A program made the position numbers and the translations under genes. Below are positions 9,961-19,680 of a DNA stretch of 46,235 bases, one piece after another. The stretch is from sequence record DRR723986_3483; one strand, written 5' to 3'. The notes beneath the pieces were generated by a model. That model did no database searches. It saw nothing but the letters and a program-made list of their open reading frames with translations, and was not told where the DNA came from. Within the stretch, counting starts at the first letter, position 1. Each line of letters begins with the position of its first letter.

Positions 9961-10445
9961 ACGTAAATAAAAAAATCGGCTCTGCACCAAACAATTCCTC
10001 TATTATTGAATTTCAAACGGATTCTTATATGATAAACAATTAAAAAATCAAAATTAACCGAATTTTATTTTAAAAATTTAGAATTAACCAAACACAAACA
10101 TAAGTCTTTGGCGGTAAATCTTACATTTTTTGAAGCTTTATTGATATAGCCTCCTTTTAGTAAAAATTACATTTATACTATCGGCAAAGGAGACATTTTC
10201 CTTTATAAAAATTCTTCTTTCCGTAAACGATTTATTTACAAAAACCCTCAATAAACCCTATGCAAAAAACACCAACCCCCACTTAGCCTGACCCTTGGAC
10301 GCACCTCCTGGTCAGACTAGACTAGCTCGGTATTTACTTTCTCTTTCTTCCTGTTGAATTGAGCCTTTTTCAAGGCTTCTGGGGAAAATACTGCCTATAC
10401 CGAACACCTATTTATTTAAAAATTTTCAACCCAAAATGATTACTT

Positions 10446-13400
10446 ATGAAAAGACTTCTTCTCATGAAATCCAGTCTGCTGCTCCTGATCGGAATGTTGG
10501 CTATGCAATCGCTGCTTGCACAGACTGGTACCACAGTCCGGGGAACAATCCTGGAAGAGTCCACAGGTGAACCACTTCCTGGGGTCAGTATACTGGAAAA
10601 AGGTACCACTAACGGAACCGTCACTGATTTGGACGGCAAATTCGCAATCACACTAGTAAGTGCAAATGCTATCTTAAGAGCCTCCTTTATAGGATTTAAA
10701 ACCCAGGAAATCATCGTTGGAACTCAAACTGAAATTGAGGTTCAACTGGCGAGCGACCTGGGCAGTCTGGATGAAGTTATAGTCGTCGGCTATGGCGAGC
10801 AGCAAAAGGAAACAATCACTGGAGCGGTAGCCAATGTTACAAGTAGGGATATTGACAAGGCTCCATCTGCAACTGTATCGGGGGCACTTGCCGGCAAGAT
10901 GGCAGGTTTAGCATTCCGGCAGCCAGATGGTCGTCCGGGAGCTGGAGCTTGGCTTCAGATCCGTAATATGGGAACCCCATTATTTGTAATTGACGGTATT
11001 CAAAAAGACGAAGGTCAGTTTAATAACCTCGCTCCTGGCGATATAGAGAGTATTACCATTTTGAAAGATGCTTCCGCAGCAGTTTACGGTTCTCGTGCTG
11101 CAAATGGAGTTGTAGTGGTAAAAACCAAACAGGGTAATCGTGGAGAAACTCCGACCATTAACATCAACGGATATTATGGGGTACAAAACTGGTCCAGGTT
11201 CCCTGATGGTGTAGATGCTTACGAGTGGATGCTTGGTAAAGCTGATGCAGATATCAACCAATTTGGTAGCACCAATATCACTGCAGATGAATTAGAAAAA
11301 TGGAATCAAGGCACTGAATACGGCTATAAATCATTTAACTGGAGGGATTTTATCATTCAAGGAAATGCTCCTCAAAGTAACTTCAATGCATCTGTTTCCG
11401 GTGGGTCTGAGCGAACCAATTATTACCTATCAGTAACAAGATTTGATCAAAAATCTGTGTTCTCAGATGAGTTTGAATTCAACAGAACCAACATTCAGTC
11501 AAATATCACCACTGAAATCACCGATAAGCTGACCATTGGAATGCAGATCAATGGTCGAATAGAAAACCGTGAAAACCCAGGCGTTCCTGGTGGAGATGAC
11601 TATTGGCAACCAAGGTTTGCGCTATTTAGAAATAGACCTACTGAGCGCCCTTATGCTAACGACAATCCTGATTATCCTGCAAACATCAATAACATCGAGA
11701 CGAACTGGGCGCTCTTAAACTACGACCGTACCGGCTTCTACGAAAACAAATGGCAGGTATTGCAAACCAACTTTACTGCTGAATACGAGATAGTAAAAGG
11801 TTTGAAAGCCAAAGGATTGTACTCCTACTACTTGGCGGATAATATGTTCAACACTTTCGAATACACCTATGATGTCTATGGTTATAACCCAGAGACTGAT
11901 GAGTATTTCAGATCAGGTGGAAATGACAACCCTTATCGTGACCGTGGCCAAACCAAAATCATGGAAAATGTATGGCAATTGTCTTTAAACTATAACAAGA
12001 CCTTTAATGAAAAGCACAATGTAGCCGTATTTGCCATGAATGAACGAATCGAGCGTACACGTCTGTACAATTTCCTACACTCTGTCCCGACTAATAACTT
12101 CTTGGATATCATCAAGTTTGCTGATACTGATACTTATAACGACGAGCGTCAAGTAGAAGCAAGAATTGGTTATGTAGGAAGAGTAAACTATGACTATGCT
12201 GGCAAATACCTATTGGAGCTGGCTGGTCGTGCAGATGCTTCCTGGAAATTCTCTCCGGATAATCGTTGGGGCTTCTTCCCATCAGTATCCGCAGGTTGGA
12301 GAATCTCCGAAGAAGGTTTTATGAGTGATTTCTCATCTAATTTGAATATGGATGAGCTAAAAGTTAGAGCATCCTATGGCCAACTTGGAGATGATAATAT
12401 CGGAATTGGTCCATTTGATTACCTCACTGGCTATAGATATGGTTCCTCTACTGTGATTGTAGATGGTGAAAATATCCAAGGTTCTGCCAACACTGGGAAG
12501 CCCATAGATAACCTTTCCTGGTATGTGGCAACCATTGCAGACATAGGATTAGACTTCTCATTTGGAAGCGGAAAAATCACAGGTGCATTGGATTATTTCC
12601 ACAGAAAGAGAACTGGGCTAAGAGGTCAACGAAATGACATATTCTTGCCACTAGAGCTTGGATATGGATTGACTGATGAAAACCTCAACTCTGATTCTAA
12701 TTCAGGTGCTGAAATAGCGGTAAACTGGAATGGCAAAGCAGGAGATCTAGTATTTAGAATTGGTGCAAACGCCTCCTACTCACGAAGCAAGTTCGTCGAA
12801 TCTTACAACCCCACATTCAGTTCTTCTTGGGACAGATATAGAAACTCCCGAGAAGATCGCTACAACGGCATCTTCTGGGGCTACGAAGTCACTGGTCAGT
12901 TTGAGTCTTTTGAAGCAATCAACGAATATCCAGTGAACATTGATGGCCAAGGAAACAAGACATTGCTTCCTGGAGATTTGATCTATAAAGATGTAAACAA
13001 TGATGGCAAAATTGACGGCTACGATGAGCGACCAATTGGCTACCAATCAGGAGCTCTTCCAAGCTTAAACTTCGGTCTGAACTTCAATCTCCAATACAAA
13101 GGATTTGACCTAACAGCTGACTTCTCAGGTGGTGGAATGTATTCTTACAATCAAAACTGGGAAATGCGTTGGCCATATCAGAATGGCGGAAACCTACTCG
13201 CCTCTATGTATGATGATCGTTACCACAGAGAGGATATACTGGACATCAACAGTCCTTGGGTAGCTGGCGCCAACCCTCCACTTAGATTCAATACTGGAGG
13301 ACATAGCAACTACAACAAAAACTCAACGTGGTGGCTAACCAATGTGAAATACCTGAGAATGAGAACTCTTGAAGTTGGATACACACTTCCTGAAAAAGTA

Positions 13401-13568
13401 TTAAACAGATGGAATATGTCCAGAGCACGAGTATTTGTAAGTAGCTACAACCTGTTTGCGCTGGACAATGTGCACCAATTCGGAATCGATCCTGAAGTAG
13501 CTGATGAAAATGGCTTGCAGTATCCACAGAATAAAGTGGTCAATATAGGATTCAACATATCATTCTAA
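10446..13568 (+). CDS. susC: SusC/RagA TonB-dependent transporter (PUL1)
   Basis: CarboxypepD-like N-domain, LDEVIVVGYG, DIESITILKDASAAVYGSRAANGVVVVKTK, RWGFFPSVSAGW, terminal Phe. Confidence 0.96.
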   Translation: MKRLLLMKSSLLLLIGMLAMQSLLAQTGTTVRGTILEESTGEPLPGVSILEKGTTNGTVTDLDGKFAITLVSANAILRASFIGFKTQEIIVGTQTEIEVQLASDLGSLDEVIVVGYGEQQKETITGAVANVTSRDIDKAPSATVSGALAGKMAGLAFRQPDGRPGAGAWLQIRNMGTPLFVIDGIQKDEGQFNNLAPGDIESITILKDASAAVYGSRAANGVVVVKTKQGNRGETPTININGYYGVQNWSRFPDGVDAYEWMLGKADADINQFGSTNITADELEKWNQGTEYGYKSFNWRDFIIQGNAPQSNFNASVSGGSERTNYYLSVTRFDQKSVFSDEFEFNRTNIQSNITTEITDKLTIGMQINGRIENRENPGVPGGDDYWQPRFALFRNRPTERPYANDNPDYPANINNIETNWALLNYDRTGFYENKWQVLQTNFTAEYEIVKGLKAKGLYSYYLADNMFNTFEYTYDVYGYNPETDEYFRSGGNDNPYRDRGQTKIMENVWQLSLNYNKTFNEKHNVAVFAMNERIERTRLYNFLHSVPTNNFLDIIKFADTDTYNDERQVEARIGYVGRVNYDYAGKYLLELAGRADASWKFSPDNRWGFFPSVSAGWRISEEGFMSDFSSNLNMDELKVRASYGQLGDDNIGIGPFDYLTGYRYGSSTVIVDGENIQGSANTGKPIDNLSWYVATIADIGLDFSFGSGKITGALDYFHRKRTGLRGQRNDIFLPLELGYGLTDENLNSDSNSGAEIAVNWNGKAGDLVFRIGANASYSRSKFVESYNPTFSSSWDRYRNSREDRYNGIFWGYEVTGQFESFEAINEYPVNIDGQGNKTLLPGDLIYKDVNNDGKIDGYDERPIGYQSGALPSLNFGLNFNLQYKGFDLTADFSGGGMYSYNQNWEMRWPYQNGGNLLASMYDDRYHREDILDINSPWVAGANPPLRFNTGGHSNYNKNSTWWLTNVKYLRMRTLEVGYTLPEKVLNRWNMSRARVFVSSYNLFALDNVHQFGIDPEVADENGLQYPQNKVVNIGFNISF

Positions 13569-13584
13569 TAAACCCGAGCGAATA

Positions 13585-15453
13585 ATGAAAAAATTGAAAT
13601 ATATATACCTAGTCATTTTCCTAGCTTTTGCGGGATGTAATAATGACGAGTTTTTAGATAGAGAACCCACTGATATTCTGGGAGAGGATCAGGTATGGGC
13701 AAATGATGACTTGGTGTTTTCAGTACTGGCTGACCTTTACAATAGACTTCCTGACTACCAAGGATTAGAAAACTGGTGGGAATACGCCAATTTCGATGAG
13801 ACTTTTGCGAGCAATGCCGGCGACTACTGGAGACATCAAAACCAAGAGTATAGCTATGGTGATTGGGGAATGTGGGATTATGGCTACATCCGTGATCTAA
13901 ATCTTTTCATTCAGAAATGTGAAGAAGCAACTGAAATTTCTACAGATTCTAAAAGCAGATTCTTAGCTGAAGCCAAGTTCATCAGAGCTATGGTATACTT
14001 CGAACACGTAAAGAGAATGGGTGGCGTACCTTTGATTTTGGAGCCACTGGAGTATGACTATAGCGGTGACCCTACCTATTTGCAATATGCTAGAGCAAAA
14101 GAGCATGAAGTTTATGACTTTGTGATCGCTGAGATGGAAGCTGTGAAAAATGATCTTCCAAATGGAAGCACTAAATCCAGAGCGACAAAAGGTGCTGCAT
14201 TGGCACTGATTTCTAGAGCAGCGTTATATGCTGGATCCATTGCAAACTATGGTCAATTGACTCCTGAAGTGTCACTTCCTGGCGGAGAAGTAGGAATACC
14301 AGCAAGTATGGCTGATGCGTATTACACTACATCTTTGAAAGCTTCAGAGGAATTAATGGGCTTAGGCACCTATGAATTGTATGATCAAGATCCTGACAAG
14401 TCTGAGAATTACTCGAATATTTTCCTGAATAAGAACTCAAACAATGAGGTAATCATGGCCAAGGACTTCCTAGTACAAGGTAGAACTCATGGATTTACTA
14501 TTGAGAATATTCCTCGCTCCCTTCGGGAGGAAAACACCTCCGGAGGAAAGATGAATCCTTCACTTAATCTCATCCAGTCGTACGAATTATTGGACAATAC
14601 TTTCGCAGAGTTGCCTACAAAAGATGCATCCGGAAATCCTATCTACTACGATGAGCCAATGGATATTTTCGCGGGTAGAGATCCAAGATTGCTAGGAACG
14701 GTGATCGTCCCGGGATCTTCCTTCAGAGGAAAAGAAGTGGATATCTGGGCTGGGTACAAGTTAGCAGATGGCTCCGTGATCACTTCGGGTCAGCTAGGTG
14801 GACAGGCGCAGCTTCCAGGAAGTACTGCTTCCGTCCAGGTGGTAGGATTCGATGGGCCCATTGACCAGTTGGAATGGTCAGCACAGAATGGTTTTTATCT
14901 TAGAAAGTATGTAGATACATCTGTGGGATCGGGTCAAAGAGGAACTGGATCAGCTGTGTGGTTGGTAAGGTTCAGGTATGCAGAGATTCTCTTAAATGCT
15001 GCCGAGGCCGCTTTTGAATTGGATCAATTGGAAAAAGCTGCTGAATACATGAATCAGGTTCGAAGAAGAGCTGGTTTCCCAATGGACTTGACTCCAGGTG
15101 AAATTGATTTTGATCGAATCGTACATGAGCGCAAAGTGGAGCTGGCATTTGAAAATCACATTCTATGGGATAACAAACGCTGGAGATTGGCTCACCGGGT
15201 ATGGAATGGTGTGACCACAGACCTGACAAATAATCCCGGAAATGCCTTAGCAGTTAGTACAAGGGTATTTGGATTGAAGCCATTCAAATATTATGAACCC
15301 GGATCCCCGAACAATGGAAAATGGATATTTGAGGAATTTCTTCCTGCTCCTGTCTTCAATGCACACAGATTCAGATTGGGAAATTACTACTCTCTGATTG
15401 GAGACAATGTGAGAAACAACAATCCGAAAATTGTAAGAAATCCTAACCAATAA
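13585..15453 (+). CDS. susD: SusD/RagB lipoprotein (PUL1)
   Basis: Lipobox FAGC; RATKGAALAL, RDPRL, RYAEILLNAAEA, ERKVELAFE, D..RW, terminal NP. Confidence 0.95.
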   Translation: MKKLKYIYLVIFLAFAGCNNDEFLDREPTDILGEDQVWANDDLVFSVLADLYNRLPDYQGLENWWEYANFDETFASNAGDYWRHQNQEYSYGDWGMWDYGYIRDLNLFIQKCEEATEISTDSKSRFLAEAKFIRAMVYFEHVKRMGGVPLILEPLEYDYSGDPTYLQYARAKEHEVYDFVIAEMEAVKNDLPNGSTKSRATKGAALALISRAALYAGSIANYGQLTPEVSLPGGEVGIPASMADAYYTTSLKASEELMGLGTYELYDQDPDKSENYSNIFLNKNSNNEVIMAKDFLVQGRTHGFTIENIPRSLREENTSGGKMNPSLNLIQSYELLDNTFAELPTKDASGNPIYYDEPMDIFAGRDPRLLGTVIVPGSSFRGKEVDIWAGYKLADGSVITSGQLGGQAQLPGSTASVQVVGFDGPIDQLEWSAQNGFYLRKYVDTSVGSGQRGTGSAVWLVRFRYAEILLNAAEAAFELDQLEKAAEYMNQVRRRAGFPMDLTPGEIDFDRIVHERKVELAFENHILWDNKRWRLAHRVWNGVTTDLTNNPGNALAVSTRVFGLKPFKYYEPGSPNNGKWIFEEFLPAPVFNAHRFRLGNYYSLIGDNVRNNNPKIVRNPNQ

Positions 15454-15477
15454 TTATCCCTCAAAACTCAAAAGAAC

Positions 15478-16182
15478 ATGAAATTAAATTTCAATAATAT
15501 ACTGGGAATGATGGGAATAGCAGCTTCCCTTGCTTCCTGCAGCTATGACAATTACGATGAACCGAGCTTCCAACTGGATGGAAGAATCGTTTATCAAGGT
15601 GAGCCTATCGGTGTGAGTTATAATGATGTCTATATAGAACTCTGGGAGTCTGGTTGGCAGCGTCTTGGTAATATTGGTGTTGCGGTAGATCAGGACGGTT
15701 CATATTCCTCTCTTCTATTCAAAGGGGAGTATAAAATGATCATACCTAATAACCAGGGACCTTTTAGAAAGATTACTAATGACCAATCGGGCAATGACAC
15801 AATTCCTGTGAATCTCACTGGAAGCCGTACTATGGATATTGAAGTAATGCCTTACTACATGATCCGCAATACCGATATTTCCGGTGGAAGCAATAAAGTG
15901 ACGGCAACTTTTGACTTGGACCAAATCATCACCGATGAAAATGCTAAAGAAATCCAGGAAGCCTCCCTTTATGTGAGCAAGACCGCCTTTGTGGACACCA
16001 GAACGAGCATCGCCACTACAAATATAGCTGGGGGTGATTTGGGGAATTCATCTTCCATCTCTTTGGAAGTGACTGTTCCTGATAGAGTCCCCACCCAGAA
16101 TTATGGCTACGCAAGAATTGGTGTTAGAATACAGGGTGTGGAAGACATGATTTTCTCTGAAATAGTTAAAGTAGAACTGTAA
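15478..16182 (+). CDS. DUF3823-type lipoprotein (putative surface glycan-binding)
   Basis: LASCSYDNYDEP, DGSYSSLLFKGEY and EVMPY; directly after susD. Confidence 0.8.
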   Translation: MKLNFNNILGMMGIAASLASCSYDNYDEPSFQLDGRIVYQGEPIGVSYNDVYIELWESGWQRLGNIGVAVDQDGSYSSLLFKGEYKMIIPNNQGPFRKITNDQSGNDTIPVNLTGSRTMDIEVMPYYMIRNTDISGGSNKVTATFDLDQIITDENAKEIQEASLYVSKTAFVDTRTSIATTNIAGGDLGNSSSISLEVTVPDRVPTQNYGYARIGVRIQGVEDMIFSEIVKVEL

Positions 16183-16197
16183 TCCCTGGCATGGGGT

Positions 16198-16248
16198 AAA
16201 GTTGGGAAGCCCAGACTTTGAGATGGGTTCTGGGCGACCCGGCTTTTT
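16198..16248 (+). terminator. Intra-operon stem-loop with U-tract between the transport and enzyme genes
   Basis: AAAGTTGGG-AA-GCCCAGA...TCTGGGC-GA-CCCGGCTTT with the T run continuing; G:U pairs favour the + strand. Confidence 0.6.
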
Positions 16249-16254
16249 ACAAGT

Positions 16255-17322
16255 ATGTTTAGAAAAAAACACCATATGTACATTTCCATTTGCCTGTTGC
16301 TAGCCTTTACCTCCTGCACGCAAACAAAGGATAGCCAACTTGACGATATAACATATCCACTTCAAGCAGATACTCTGGTATATACCAATCCTGTTTTTGA
16401 ACCCGTATTGGCTGATCCTACGGTGGTGAAAGTTGGCGACGAATTCTTCGCCTACGGTACAGAGGACAATTGGGGAGAAGGAGGAGGCTACCACCTGGTG
16501 CCCGTCATTAAATCCAAGGACCTAGTGAACTGGAATTTTGTTGGGAATTCCATGGCAAAAAAGCCTGATTGGAAAGAGCGTGGAGGAATCTGGGCTCCTG
16601 ATGTAACCCAGGTCGGTGATCAATTTTACATGTATTATTCCTTCTCCACTTGGGGTGATCCGAATCCAGGAGTAGGATTAGCTATAGCTGATCGTCCCGA
16701 AGGACCATTTGTAGATCAGGGGAAAGTGTTCGATTCACAGGAAATAGGAGTTGCCAATTCAATTGATCCATTTTATTTGGAAAAGGAAGGGAAGAAATAC
16801 CTGATCTGGGGAAGTTTCCATGGACTATTCCTAACTCAATTAACTCCCGATGGCAAAAAGCCTACAGGTGAGAAAACCCAGGTTGCAGGCAATCAACTGG
16901 AAGCTGCCTATGTGTACGAAAAAGATGGGTACTATTACTTGTTTGGATCAGCTGGCACTTGCTGCGAAGGTGCAAACAGCACCTACAAAGTATTGGTAGG
17001 AAGATCAAAAAACCTGGAAGGTCCATATTTGGACCAAGATGGAAAAAATCTACTGGAAGCTGATGCAGGCACTTTGGTAGTTGGGACAAATACCAGCAGC
17101 AATGGCTATGCAGGACCGGGACACAATGCTGAAATCATCACAGACTCCGAAGGTCAGGATTGGCTGCTGTATCACGGCATGGCAAAAGCAAAACCAAAAC
17201 TAAGTAACGGCACAAACCGAAGGGTACTGCTTTTGGATAAAATCATCTGGACAGGTGGCTGGCCAAGTATCGCTGGTCGCGAACCAAGCACTACGTCCCA
17301 ATCTTCGCCAATATTTCATTGA
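16255..17322 (+). CDS. GH43 glycoside hydrolase lipoprotein (arabinanase-like subgroup; substrate not determinable)
   Basis: Lipobox FTSC; ADP (base), WAPDV, SIDP (pKa modulator), LEAAY (acid), GPGHN. Confidence 0.9.
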   Translation: MFRKKHHMYISICLLLAFTSCTQTKDSQLDDITYPLQADTLVYTNPVFEPVLADPTVVKVGDEFFAYGTEDNWGEGGGYHLVPVIKSKDLVNWNFVGNSMAKKPDWKERGGIWAPDVTQVGDQFYMYYSFSTWGDPNPGVGLAIADRPEGPFVDQGKVFDSQEIGVANSIDPFYLEKEGKKYLIWGSFHGLFLTQLTPDGKKPTGEKTQVAGNQLEAAYVYEKDGYYYLFGSAGTCCEGANSTYKVLVGRSKNLEGPYLDQDGKNLLEADAGTLVVGTNTSSNGYAGPGHNAEIITDSEGQDWLLYHGMAKAKPKLSNGTNRRVLLLDKIIWTGGWPSIAGREPSTTSQSSPIFH

Positions 17323-17331
17323 AACTAACTC

Positions 17332-19422
17332 ATGAGCTTACTAAAATATCTATTCTTAAGCATACTATTTTTTGCCTTCACCCAGACTTGTTTTTCCCAG
17401 CAAAAATTAAATCTAGCTGATTTTTCTTCCGAAAATGGCGCATTTGTCACTGAACAGGATGGTAAAATCATTGTTTCTTGGCCCATAGGATCTAAGGAAA
17501 ATGGAATATTACAACTCGACATGAATCCGGAGAATCCACTTTTCAGCGCCATCCAATTAAATGGTGCTGCTGGCATGAAAGATATAGCCAAAGATCTAAA
17601 TCCACTCTTTCTACTTACAGTGGGACAGCGGGATCTAAGTAAGGAACATGGCTGGGATATATTTTTTGATAGAACTGCCTATAATCCTTACGAGGCATAC
17701 AATGTAAACTTGGAAAAAGAAACGATCAGCGTGAAGAGTCATGGTAAGCGTACGATTATCCAAGTGAATACGATGAAGGCCGGAAATTTCGAAGGCTGGC
17801 TAGAAATCACACTTTATCATGGGAGTCCGCTGCTCAATATGGCAGCTGTAATGAGCACAGAGGATGACGCCAAAGCAATCCTTTACGACGCTGGTTTGGT
17901 CAGCAATAAGAAAAGTTGGAATGAGATTTTTTGGTCAGATACGGATGGATATTTACAATCATCCCCGAGCATTGAAGGAGAAAATAATAGCGAGAACCTC
18001 GCGGTCAAATACCGAACAATTATTGCCGAAGGAGAAGAAGGAAGTCTGGCCATTTTCCCTCCACCGCACCAGTATTTTTATCCTTTGGACAACGCCTATA
18101 ACCTAAAATATGTATGGCACGGAACCGGCTATAGGAATCTGGTAGATGGCTACGGGATAGGAATACGACAGGATCTCATGGGCGATAATCGTCACGTCCC
18201 CTGGTTCAATGCTCCACCCAAAACAAATCAGCGATTGAATTTCTTTATCCTGCTATCAGCTTCCAAAGACGGGCAGGTTCTAGATGATGTGAAGGCTTTT
18301 ACGCATGATGACCGATATAAACCTCTCAAGGGTTTTCGAACCATGGCAAGCCATTTTCACACCGAGCACATGGACGATATTCTGACCAATAAACCTTTGC
18401 CGGATGTGCCGGGTCATGTGAAAGCTCTTCGCAGTATGGGGGTGAATATTATGCATTTGGGAGAATACCATTTAGCAGGTAATCCCAGAGATCTTGGACC
18501 TAGAAGATTGCCGGAATTGGATTTGATGTTCAAGGAAAGTGAGAGACTATCCACTGGAAATTTCCTGATGATCCCAGGCGAAGAGCCGAATGTGCACTTT
18601 GGGGGCCACTGGATGAATATGTTTCCAAAACCTGTCTACTGGATCATGTCTCGTGAAGAAGGGAAGCCTTTTGTTGAAGAAACAGAGCAGTATGGAAAAG
18701 TATATCGAGTAGGAAGTAAAGAAGAAATGCTCCAGCTCTTGGAAGCGGAAAATGGACTGGCGTGGATAGCTCATGCCAGGACAAAGGGATCAACAGGATA
18801 TCCTGACAAATACAAAGAAGAGCCATTTTTCAACTCTGATCGCTTCAATGGAGCTGCCTGGAAGGTGATTCCAGCGGATTTATCCACCCCAAATATGGGA
18901 AGAAGAGTTCTGAATCTGATGGATGACATGGCTAATTGGGGACATCATAAATATGTAATCGCAGAGGCAGATTTATTCAAACTGGAGCCTGATTATGAAA
19001 TCTATGGACCTATGAATATCAATTATTTGCAACTGGACAAACTTCCAAAGTTTGAGGATGGATGGCAGCCCGTGTTGGACGCAATGCAAAGTGGTAAATT
19101 TTTCTCGGGAACAGGTGAGGTTCTTTTGCCTGCTTTCTCAGTTAATGGCAAAGGCAGTGGAGAGATCCTGAAGGTAGAAGCAAACGGAAAAGCGGAAGTT
19201 AAAGTGACTGTAGATTGGACTTTCCCTCTAAACTATGTGGAGATCATATCAGGAGACGGAGAAAATGTTTCTCGGGAGAAAATAGATCTCAGCGATACTG
19301 AGTCGTTTGGGAAAAAGGATTTTCAGTTTTCAATCAATCTAAAAGGCAAAAAATGGGTAAGACTAGAAGTCTGGGATGTTGCTGCAAATGGAGCATTTAC
19401 CCAACCAGTTTGGATAAAGTAA
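17332..19422 (+). CDS. Secreted hypothetical protein with a PHP-like metallohydrolase domain
   Basis: Signal peptide; SHFHTEH, HLGEYH, GEEPNVHFGGHW and WIAHAR resemble PHP metal-binding motifs; C-terminal WVRLEV..GAFTQPVW. Confidence 0.6.
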   Translation: MSLLKYLFLSILFFAFTQTCFSQQKLNLADFSSENGAFVTEQDGKIIVSWPIGSKENGILQLDMNPENPLFSAIQLNGAAGMKDIAKDLNPLFLLTVGQRDLSKEHGWDIFFDRTAYNPYEAYNVNLEKETISVKSHGKRTIIQVNTMKAGNFEGWLEITLYHGSPLLNMAAVMSTEDDAKAILYDAGLVSNKKSWNEIFWSDTDGYLQSSPSIEGENNSENLAVKYRTIIAEGEEGSLAIFPPPHQYFYPLDNAYNLKYVWHGTGYRNLVDGYGIGIRQDLMGDNRHVPWFNAPPKTNQRLNFFILLSASKDGQVLDDVKAFTHDDRYKPLKGFRTMASHFHTEHMDDILTNKPLPDVPGHVKALRSMGVNIMHLGEYHLAGNPRDLGPRRLPELDLMFKESERLSTGNFLMIPGEEPNVHFGGHWMNMFPKPVYWIMSREEGKPFVEETEQYGKVYRVGSKEEMLQLLEAENGLAWIAHARTKGSTGYPDKYKEEPFFNSDRFNGAAWKVIPADLSTPNMGRRVLNLMDDMANWGHHKYVIAEADLFKLEPDYEIYGPMNINYLQLDKLPKFEDGWQPVLDAMQSGKFFSGTGEVLLPAFSVNGKGSGEILKVEANGKAEVKVTVDWTFPLNYVEIISGDGENVSREKIDLSDTESFGKKDFQFSINLKGKKWVRLEVWDVAANGAFTQPVWIK

Positions 19423-19506
19423 TTCCGCTCCCATATAAAATGAAGGGCAACCTGTGACGGAAGCCTAGAATCACTTTTAAGAATTTTGTACCCTATTTTA
19501 ATCTAA

Positions 19507-19547
19507 AACGCATATCCGATTTTTTGGTAGTAAATCGGATATGCGTT
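19507..19547. terminator. Probable bidirectional terminator between convergent units
   Basis: Perfect 16-bp inverted repeat AACGCATATCCGATTT / AAATCGGATATGCGTT with a 9-nt loop. Confidence 0.7.
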
Positions 19548-19680
19548 ATAAACTTTGGTTAACACGAGTAGTTAGGCTCTTCGGTATACCTATTCGGTCA
19601 CTCGATAACAATCGACATGCCCCGTTAAACAGGGGAAATTTGCGCTTCTAGCATTATTATAGATAATCTAAAACTCTATT

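Noticed and set aside
10117-10200. ACATTT repeats as an HTCS operator
   Set aside because: Irregular spacing (46 and 24 bp) in AT-rich DNA; not distinguishable from chance
19560-19680. Possible ncRNA or element relic before the sulfatase stop
   Set aside because: Only a 4-bp hairpin; no recognisable RNA family or coding similarity
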